From Balanoglossus misakiensis (Eukaryota > Animalia > Hemichordata): a DNA stretch of 64,000 bases. Location: the NCBI GenBank assembly GCA_040954595.2, contig CM082576.2, forward strand, positions 9,241,129 through 9,305,128, written 5' to 3'. Below, piece after piece: positions 56,165-64,000 of the stretch. The translations under genes were made by a program, and so were the position numbers. Every line of letters begins with the position of its first letter. Position 1 is the first letter of the stretch. Under the pieces are notes generated by a model, which worked only from the letters and a program-made list of their open reading frames with translations, was not told the origin of the DNA and did no database searches.

Positions 56165-58387
56165 ATGACGGTTGATATCACCGTTTTGTTGATGGAATCC
56201 TCTTTTGTTTGCTGTTGGTTTCAGCCACCAGTATGGGAAAATGACTTTATGGTGGATATGCATGCTGTCCCGAGAACCCAATATTCGTGGAGAACGCTTG
56301 GGGGCGCCCCTCGTCAGGGTCCTCACCATACCTCGCCTTCGATAGCTATGATAGCACGCGGAGTAGAGTTTGCAACTCCTGATGACTTGGTATTTCGGAA
56401 TACGGAAGATTTCATGGCCGGGCAGATACATGAACATGGTGATTATTGGGACATGATTACAGACCATATACATAACAAGAATGACATTATGGACTGGATA
56501 AGGAATCGTGTTAGTATTTCACAATATTTTACCCATTTCAAGGGGGAGTTTAAAGGGCAACAGTATGATCATGATATTCCACCCCCTAGGGTGTTTCAGA
56601 ATCATCCGAATTGTCGTCAGCATGGTCGGTTTATCGCTCAGACTATCGCTGAACGTGTTAAAGCTGGAGCAGTATCAGTTTGGGGGTTGGTTGGTCGCCA
56701 CCAACCTCCTTATTTGGTTATGCCGATTTCGGTTGAACCGTCTAAACCGCGTATGTGTATTGACATGCGCTTTCTTAATCTATGGACGGAACCTCGTCCG
56801 TTCCACTTAGATAAGCTTTTTGAAGTCACTAGATACTTGGCTGAAGGCGATTTTCAGTTTAAGTGTGATGATAAGAGTGGGTACGACCACGTTTTAATAC
56901 GACATACTGATAGAATGTATGTAGGATTTCAATGGGCGGGGGTGTGGTATGTGAATAATTCATTACCTTTTGGTTGGAAGTTATCGGCATATGTATATCA
57001 CACTTTGGGATATTGTGTTACTAGTTATGCTAGATTATTGGGAGTACCTTGCATTCAATATATCGATGATAGGCATGGGGGTGGATTAAAGTTGCCAGCT
57101 GATGCAAGTTCTTCTTGGGATAGTTTGCAATGTGCACAGGCTGCAGCTTATATATTGTGTAAAATCGCTATTGATGCAGGATATTTTCTCTCTTTGGAGA
57201 AAAGTGTGTTATATCCTGTGACATCTTTGATAATGTTAGGTTTTTCAGTCGATTCGGTGAATAGATCCTTTTCTATCCCGGATGATAAAAAAACGAAGTT
57301 TTTAAATTTGCTGGAGGATGTTCTGTCACAGAGGGCAGTTCCACTTTTGACAATGCAGAAATTAATGGGGAAATGCATTTCATTTACGTTAGCATTACCA
57401 TGCGCTCGGTTATATGTTCGACAAATGGCCAATGCTTGTGGGAAAGCTCAGATATCGAGTAGAGCTTTGATACCTATAAGGGGACGCTTGAAATCTGAGA
57501 TTGTACAGTGGAAATCCATCTTAGATTCGGCGGGTAAATTTATTTGGCCAACCGAAAGTCATGTAGGGGTAAGGGTATTTTCTGACGCAAGTCAGTACAA
57601 ATGGGGTGCGGTTATGTACGTAGCTAATAACAAGGTGGTTATAGGAGATATGTGGGATAGTAAGTGGAAAGATTTTCCCATTATAAAGAAGGAAGCAGAA
57701 GCTTTGTGTAGAGCATTGGTTGGTTTTCAAGAGCAAATTCGTAATACTCGAGTTGATGCATATATCGATGCACTTCCTATAGTACAGGCATGGAATGGGG
57801 GAATTCCGGGAGCAAAAGATGTTGATTTGAATGAAATTTTGAAGCGTATCTTTGACTTCTGCTTTCAGCATAATGTTCGACTCACCCTTACATATATACC
57901 TTCTAAGGCTAATGATGCCGATCTACCTTCTCGATCTACATCATTGTCAAATGCTACTTTGACCGCTGTGGTATGGCAATTCCTGGAGGAAAATTTTGGT
58001 CCTCATCATATAGATGGCATGGCTGATGTTTCTAATAAGAAGTTATCTCGATATGTGTCACAGTTTCCTCAGATAGGATGTGAGGGTGTTAATTTTTTCC
58101 AGCATGTTTTCTCAGACAAGGATACCATTTATGTGTATCCACCATTTTTCTTAGTGGGTGCGACACTTAAACATGTCATTAGTCAGAGATTACATGCCAC
58201 AGTGATTGTACCGAGAGGTCGTTTTCTGGCTTCGTATTGGCCCGTTATTAATCAATTAGCAGCTGCGGTTATAAAGTTGGGTAGTCGAGGGGAAATAGGT
58301 ATTATTCAAGCCCCCTCTACTCAGGGTTATATAGATTATGAGTTGCGGTGTGACCTCTTGGCAGTCAAATTCGATTGGGATGTATAA
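56165..58387 (+). CDS. Pol: reverse transcriptase, RNase H and DIRS-type adenine methyltransferase-like domain
   Basis: RT motifs KPRMCIDMRFLN, DDKSGYDHV, SLPFGW and YIDD (57059-57070). RNase H motifs FSDAS, KEAEAL, YIDA and YIPSKANDADLPSR. MT-like motifs GPHHIDGMAD and IYVYPPF. Uninterrupted 740 codons. The true 5' end may be the acceptor at 56224. Confidence 0.93.
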   Translation: MTVDITVLLMESSFVCCWFQPPVWENDFMVDMHAVPRTQYSWRTLGGAPRQGPHHTSPSIAMIARGVEFATPDDLVFRNTEDFMAGQIHEHGDYWDMITDHIHNKNDIMDWIRNRVSISQYFTHFKGEFKGQQYDHDIPPPRVFQNHPNCRQHGRFIAQTIAERVKAGAVSVWGLVGRHQPPYLVMPISVEPSKPRMCIDMRFLNLWTEPRPFHLDKLFEVTRYLAEGDFQFKCDDKSGYDHVLIRHTDRMYVGFQWAGVWYVNNSLPFGWKLSAYVYHTLGYCVTSYARLLGVPCIQYIDDRHGGGLKLPADASSSWDSLQCAQAAAYILCKIAIDAGYFLSLEKSVLYPVTSLIMLGFSVDSVNRSFSIPDDKKTKFLNLLEDVLSQRAVPLLTMQKLMGKCISFTLALPCARLYVRQMANACGKAQISSRALIPIRGRLKSEIVQWKSILDSAGKFIWPTESHVGVRVFSDASQYKWGAVMYVANNKVVIGDMWDSKWKDFPIIKKEAEALCRALVGFQEQIRNTRVDAYIDALPIVQAWNGGIPGAKDVDLNEILKRIFDFCFQHNVRLTLTYIPSKANDADLPSRSTSLSNATLTAVVWQFLEENFGPHHIDGMADVSNKKLSRYVSQFPQIGCEGVNFFQHVFSDKDTIYVYPPFFLVGATLKHVISQRLHATVIVPRGRFLASYWPVINQLAAAVIKLGSRGEIGIIQAPSTQGYIDYELRCDLLAVKFDWDV

Positions 58388-58542
58388 ATCATGTAGTTGT
58401 TACTATTTATGGGATATATGATGGGTATACAGTAAATGGTTTTTCTTCTTTGGTGAATTTGTAGTATTGCAAAAGATCGTTAGGATTTTGATAGAGATAT
58501 TATAAGTGTATCTTCTATTAATGTCAATATTATCTGGTATGA

Positions 58543-58552
58543 AATAAATAAA
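58543..58552 (+). terminator. Putative poly(A) signal after pol
   Basis: Two overlapping AATAAA hexamers in the same ATGAAATAAATA context as after gag. Confidence 0.45.
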
Positions 58553-58606
58553 ATATTTTATGTCTTAGTAGACTGATGAATGGGTGTCTCTTATGATTTC
58601 TTCTAG

Positions 58607-59875
58607 ACATGTTGGATTTGTGGTGCTTTGAATGATACAACATCTCAGTCATGTGGTGTCTGTTCATCAAAAGCGATCCAAGGAACCGGTTTAAATGACT
58701 TCAACGGTGTTGACCTTCATCATATCGACCAACGTATCTCGGATTTATTAGGGGATCGATCTCCGTATGAGAAACAGAAAGACCGCTTAATACAAGAACT
58801 TGAGTTATTCCTTGCAAGACTCCCTGTGCCCAAGCCTGTAAGCCGTGCTAGCCCGCACGATATTGTTAGGTTTTTAGTCTTTAAGGATAAAGATGCGAAA
58901 ACGCAAGTCCATCGTTACACATGTGCATACTTAGGTCAGCCGGGTCGTGCGCCATGCGGTTGTCCTAAACGTCTGAGGATAGGTTCAGCCAAAAACATGA
59001 TATCTAAGATCTCTTCATATTTTCAAGCACGACAAAAAGAAAATCCGAATCAGCGTTTTTGTAACCCCACTGATAGTATAATGGTGCAAAGGTATTTAAA
59101 GAAAATCTCTGAGGAGCAGGCACAAGCGAATGTGACAGTCAGACAGGCTAAGCCGTTATTTTTGCCGAAGGTCATTTGCGTCTTTGAGCATTTGTTAAAG
59201 TTACTCTCTTCATGTTCGTCACCACTCTTAGCATATATATATGCTAGAGACATGGCCGTGTTTAAGCTTTTATTTTTCTCAGGTGATAGAGCAGGGGATC
59301 TGGGTCACATTAAGACACAGGAGGTTCTTCGTTTCCCCGATAATTCAGGTTTGCTTTTCAATCATACATTTGGGAAGACTCTTCGTGGATGTAATTCAAA
59401 TATGTTTGTACTTAAGAGATGTGCGGATACCCGTTTGTGTCCTGTAAATACTTTAGAGCGATATATTGATTTGTCTTTAAATCTAGGTGTAGATATCATG
59501 ACTGGGTATTTGTTTAGACCCACTAAACCTAATGGTGATATAGAGAACAAACCTTTGTCATCGCAGGTTATATATCATCGGCTTAAACTTTATTTACAAT
59601 CACTTAATATGGATGAAGGTGAGACACCACACAGTCTGAGAAGTGCGTGTGCTATCACTATGTCGTTAGCGGGTGCTCACGTAGATGAAGTCATGAGTCA
59701 TGTGGGTTGGAAAACTGAGAAGATGGCTGATTATTATACTAAGCTGTCAGTTGTTGCCAATATTGGCCGCCAAGGCAATAGAACGGAGGATTTGCTTGCT
59801 TCCATGCGACATATTGAAAGGTATAATGCAACTGAGAAACTTGTTGGATTCACAAGGGCTTTTCAGGCCAAGTAA
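58607..59875 (+). CDS. Tyrosine recombinase with N-terminal C4 zinc finger and ALOG DNA-binding domain
   Basis: Frame opens right after TTTCTTCTAG (58606). Contains CWIC-GALN-x6-CGVC, an ALOG-like segment FLVFKDKDAKTQVHRYTC..G.P...PCGCPKRL..GS...ISK...NP.....VQRYLK.I..EQAQA, and catalytic R (SGDRAGD), K (GKT), HSLR, HVGW and Y (MADYY). Confidence 0.92.
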   Translation, partial: TCWICGALNDTTSQSCGVCSSKAIQGTGLNDFNGVDLHHIDQRISDLLGDRSPYEKQKDRLIQELELFLARLPVPKPVSRASPHDIVRFLVFKDKDAKTQVHRYTCAYLGQPGRAPCGCPKRLRIGSAKNMISKISSYFQARQKENPNQRFCNPTDSIMVQRYLKKISEEQAQANVTVRQAKPLFLPKVICVFEHLLKLLSSCSSPLLAYIYARDMAVFKLLFFSGDRAGDLGHIKTQEVLRFPDNSGLLFNHTFGKTLRGCNSNMFVLKRCADTRLCPVNTLERYIDLSLNLGVDIMTGYLFRPTKPNGDIENKPLSSQVIYHRLKLYLQSLNMDEGETPHSLRSACAITMSLAGAHVDEVMSHVGWKTEKMADYYTKLSVVANIGRQGNRTEDLLASMRHIERYNATEKLVGFTRAFQAK

Positions 59876-59936
59876 AATGTGGGCGACTTTTCTGTGATCT
59901 GTTATATTATACGCAGCTACATGGTAGTTTCAATAT

Positions 59937-59942
59937 AATAAA
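59937..59942 (+). terminator. Putative poly(A) signal after YR
   Basis: AATAAA about 62 nt after the YR stop. Confidence 0.4.
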
Positions 59943-60099
59943 TAGTATATACTTGTGGCTTGGACACTCCTCTTTCGTCCGTTTCCTTATTGACGCAAAC
60001 CAGTGGGGGGAGTGGGGATTGAGGTTTGAGGATTGGGGATTTAGGTGGGGGAATCTTTGAGGAGAGTTTTATAAATAATGAATATCGCGGGCAAATGGA

Positions 60100-60291
60100 C
60101 AACATCAGGCTCTTTAACCCATTCCTTATAATAATAGGTATATCATTGAGCGGAGTGATTAGGCTTTAAATATTATATTATTCAAAGCCTTATCACATAG
60201 CGAGATTATTACGCCATGAATATTCATAAGACCAGTGTATATAAGTAAGAAGAGAATGCTACTTGTGGCCAATCCCTTGCTTCCAGACTTA
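60100..60291 (+). repeat. Internal B1-A2 junction copy (B1 60100-60178, A2 60178-60291)
   Basis: CAACATCAGGC...AAATATTATAT runs directly into TATTCAAAGCC..., i.e. a copy of the element's right end fused to a copy of its left end. Confidence 0.95.
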
Positions 60292-60421
60292 TAGAAGTTA
60301 AGATGTAATTAGGATCGAGTACCCAGGAGGGGGATAAGGTGACTATGTAGGAGGAAGTGGGGATCGGGTAAGGTGTTCGCCCACCCGCCCACCCCCTTTT
60401 TATCATTTCGCTCATGATTAC

Positions 60422-60500
60422 CAACATCAGGCTCTTTAACCCATTCCTTATAATAATAGGTATATCATTGAGCGGAGTGATTAGGCTTTAAATATTATAT
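60422..60500 (+). repeat. Split direct repeat B2 (right terminus)
   Basis: 79 bp identical by eye to 60100-60178. Confidence 0.95.
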
Positions 60501-61444
60501 AATTACACGCACATGCTTTTCCAAACATGCAACACTTCTTTTTCTTTCAGGAGACCTTTTCTCCTTTCTATTTTTCTGCAGCTGTTTATGTTTCACCGGG
60601 GAGGTTACCACACGCAGTTCCACCAAGGCTGCTCGGCACACCTCTAAACAGTAGTCCGGGCCGGGGACCGTGGGCTCCTTCAGCCACTTGCCCAAACAAT
60701 GACTCAACAGCCAGAAACCCAATACTTTGTCTCCAAACTAAACAGCAGCCACCACTCTCCATACTCCCGTCATTCAAGCATGCACTTGAGAGAGTCCAAA
60801 ACACAGAATGTCCATGTTTGAAAAAAAAGAAAGAAGAGAGAGTGGCTCCACGTATCTTGGGACTTCACGCTAAAACAACCAGTTCATAGGATAGACTACT
60901 TAGTTGCCTTCTTGAATGGCCTGTGGTATTCTTAATAAAGTGACTTTTCGCTTCGCGATATCAATGGTTTTGTTGTCCCCCCGTTCAAACCCGCGAGTTC
61001 CCCAGGTGAATCGAAGATACATGTACCCTTGTCCTGCCCTCCCCTACTCACACTCGCTGTTATTGTTGCATTGTGACAGTTTGTATGGCAGTGTCCCGGT
61101 CAACAAGTACTTGCCACCATCTATGCGGACACAAACTATCAGATCAATGCTGCCTTTTCTCATTGAAATTTGATGACAGCAATTAAGTTTGATTTTTATT
61201 GACCTCTTTTGGAGACTATGCCCATACACTGCAGTGAATGGCGTTAAACTGCATTGAGTTCCTTATGAGTTTACAGACATTAAAAAAGGCACCATCTTTA
61301 TATTTCTTTTTTTTTAAAGGTGGCAAGTGAATGAGAGTGTTCAGGCAGCATGCATCATATATCCTGGTAGTGAAATGTAAGTATAAGGTGCGAGTGTACT
61401 ACATGACAGTGTTGTCATACTGGCAGGTATATATTTTTTCTTAC

Positions 61445-61924
61445 CTGATAGTGTGGAAGTAAGGCACTTGGTTGCTGGTTACTCCAGGTGGGTGCTGATG
61501 CGGCCGTCGACGACGACACCGTGCTGCTGCTGCTATCCCCTTCCAGGTACTGCTGGGCCTGCGCGGCCAGCTGTATGGCCGACATGGGCGACGAGGACGT
61601 GGACGCGCTGTTCGGGGTGCCGTAGATGCCCTTGCCCTGCCTCGACTGCCGGGAGTGTCCCAGGGACTTGTCGTGGGAGTGGTACATGTAGAGGCAGCGC
61701 TGCAGCGAGGCCAGGTTGCAGGAGCCCACCAGGGCCGGGATGTTGCTCAGGGAGGAGGTGTCGCCGCTGGACTGCGCTCGCTCCAGGGAGTGCACCATGG
61801 CAACCGCCTCGTGCTTGAGCTGGCTGAGGTGCGTGGCGCACACCTCACATCTGTTGTCCGTCCACTTCTGCGAGCTGTCGGGCACTTGGAGCTTTTCGTG
61901 CAGCACTGCAGATATCTCGTGCGC
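61445..61924 (-). CDS. KIF26: KIF26 N-terminal exon (AHEISAVLHEKLQVP...RCEVCATHLSQLKHEA...PHYQ)
   Basis: AG at 61926-61925, GT at 61444-61443. 480 bp, phase 0 to 0, GC-rich codon usage. The CEVCATHLxQLKxEA motif resembles the KIF26A/B N-terminus. Upstream exons are outside the window. Confidence 0.87.
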
Positions 61925-64000
61925 CTGTGGGAGGAAAAAAAAAGAAGAAACAATTCAATTCAACGTGATGGCCTGGATACAATAAGTGATGAAACACCAT
62001 CATCTTCGCAATTGTCGTCAAGGGAATTACAGCAAAAACACAATGACGACTGAAAGCAAATGGATATAAAAGGGAAGAAAACTATGACAGAATGTACATA
62101 AAAGTACCATTGGGATATATACTCTTGTTGGCGATAAAGACATTCCCAGCAGCTAAAGTTTGACAGCTAAATCTTCCACCTATTTTATCCAGCACAATGG
62201 TACAAATTCATGAATAATTCATGTCCCGCTGCCTCGCGTAGGCAGACCTCCGTTGTGGTGGAAAAACTCCTCATTAGCCAGTATTTCCTTCTCAGACGCA
62301 CAAAGTTGGGGAATTTGACATATGCGCTAATATGATCGGTTTCTTCTTACAATGCCCGTCTGAACAAACACTCTGCAGATGTAGCCTAGTTTGAACTAAG
62401 GATTACCGAATGATGATGAACAATTGAGACTACGTGTGAACATGCCATTATTAGAGAGAGGGGGACTTCTGTTACAACCCCCAACAAACTTAGGGCAGCA
62501 GTTGTTCACCAATATGAAATGTGAATACACATCTCCTTATCCGACAGAACATTTTAGTATTTTTTGTTACCAGAAAACTAGAAAAAAAAGCTTGATATTG
62601 TTGACAGCACTGCCAGAGATCGGCGCAAGAAATGGTTTGAGCCAATCAAAACTTGTTGATTATGGGTGGGTTTGTTAGTGCTTCCAGTATTTGACTGAAT
62701 CAAATAGGCACTTTGAATGACATGTTTAGGCATCATGATCTGTTCAATGGGCAAACCCAAAAGCTTTGTCCCAATGCTAATTTACAGTAACTGACTAATT
62801 ACATTACAAAGTGGACAGTGGCTGCATCCAATGTTGTGGGAGATTACACCACCTCTGGGCGATCTCTCTTACACAAATGGGGCTTGCTTTTTGAAAAAAA
62901 GTAAATTTCCCTCATCAGGAAACACAGTGAGACGAAAAAAATTATTCAACATGGCCGTCCTTAAATAAACACAGATCATCCAGCTAATAGAAGTTTACTT
63001 TCAGTAATTGAATACAGTTTAATACCATTGTCTGCAAGAGCTGGTGTTGCTGCCTGTTTTGAAATCAGTTCCTGCATAGACAGTATGTAGTTCCAATGCG
63101 TATGGTTACTGTCATCTGATTGGCTGCGACAAAAAAACAGCGAACACTTGAGGATAGACATGTGCAGACAACATTATTGTCGTCTATTCACAACTGGCAT
63201 TACATACGCTGGCTGCTGCTGAATGTCTGTGCCTGTACGAATTAAGTTGTGACTTTCAGCTCAACGATTTGCATATTTATTTCATTTGGTCTAAATCTGA
63301 TTAAATCCAATGGCCACGTCTCAGACAGTCTGCCCAGAGCTCCATATCTGCATAGGTGAGCAGATGGCCGATCTTCAACACAGCACGCTGTTGACTACAG
63401 CAACGTAATTGCATCCAGCCCCCAAACAGTCCGACAGAAACCAGAGAAATTCAAGTCATGTGCACCAAACAAGTGGAGAATGCTATATACGTGGATGACC
63501 CCTCGCTGAGCTGCAATACGCCACTCTGGCAGTATATGCACACTGCATTCAAACTCACTTGTGTGCAAAAGAAACAGTTAATTTTTTTCTTCATTATGAT
63601 CCATTCAAAATCCAAATCAAAAGGAAGTCTGTCATCCTAAGGAACACAGGCATCAAACACCACACACAATTACCGACTTTGACAGCGTTGAATCTAATTT
63701 TCAGAACGTTGTTCAATTCATAGTATAGAGAAGGAGAATGTGGTTTAATAGAATAATTATTCCATTTTTTCCTTCAAAAATGGCTGTATCATGGATATAA
63801 CAATGGTACCTTTGTACGATATTAAATTGCCTAGGACAGTTTTTTTAATGGATAGGGATGAAAAAGGCTTTGTTACGTGCAACTAAACTGAAGTGTGTTC
63901 AAATACTTCATATGGACAACTACTTGTAATAGACTCCATAGTGCTTACCAAAATAATGACATTACCATACAGGGGGAGTTACTCAACTTGTTTATCATTA

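Larger units (their letters stand above)
54031..60500 (+). mobile_element. Tyrosine-recombinase retrotransposon (DIRS order, PAT-like split-direct-repeat type, ALOG-YR class), full length
   Basis: A1 (54031-54144) equals A2 (60178-60291), 114 bp. B1 (60100-60178) equals B2 (60422-60500), 79 bp. Order is A1...B1A2...B2. Encodes Gag-CCHC, RT/RNaseH/MT and YR ORFs. No target-site duplication. Antisense within KIF26 intron 50361-61444. Confidence 0.95.

Noticed and set aside
56299-56320. Resemblance to a tRNA-Pro primer-binding site (TGGGGGCTCGTCCGGGAT)
   Set aside because: The match needs a 5-nt insertion plus mismatches, lies more than 2 kb inside the element, and is explained by the inverted repeat.
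58535-58590. Hammerhead ribozyme (GAAA...CTGATGA) between pol and YR
   Set aside because: Stem II is very weak and the cleavage-site nucleotide would be G. The motifs are better explained as a poly(A) signal and a branch point.
54031-60500. Classification as LTR, DIRS-1 (ITR/ICR) or Ngaro element
   Set aside because: No integrase, protease or TSD, and the termini are split direct repeats rather than inverted repeats. An MT-like domain and no hydrolase ORF favour PAT-like over Ngaro. An RT phylogeny is still needed to confirm.

Overview
Eukaryotic (invertebrate animal, probably deuterostome) genomic DNA. The whole window lies inside one large minus-strand gene, a kinesin-11 (KIF26A/B-like). 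Ten GT-AG exons splice in frame: 61924-61445, 50360-50176, 37270-37087, 9824-9618, 9260-9167, 7733-7536, 6466-6305, 5611-5368, 4957-4795 and 4627-187. The gene's start and end lie outside the window. An apparently intact ~6.47-kb tyrosine-recombinase (DIRS-order, PAT-like) retrotransposon sits antisense in one intron (54031-60500). It has identical split direct repeats (A1...B1-A2...B2), a CCHC Gag, an RT-RNaseH-methyltransferase ORF and an ALOG-domain tyrosine recombinase. Its three ORFs do not overlap. Each is preceded by a phase-0 splice acceptor and followed by its own AATAAA, and one phase-0 leader exon lies downstream of a TATA/Inr. This suggests one leader exon is alternatively spliced to three terminal exons. 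The putative first intron holds a 61-bp hairpin-forming tandem array, and a 25-bp stem brackets the pol acceptor. Two TTAA-flanked Kolobok-like MITEs and several microsatellites are also present. All assignments come from reading the sequence; no searches were run.
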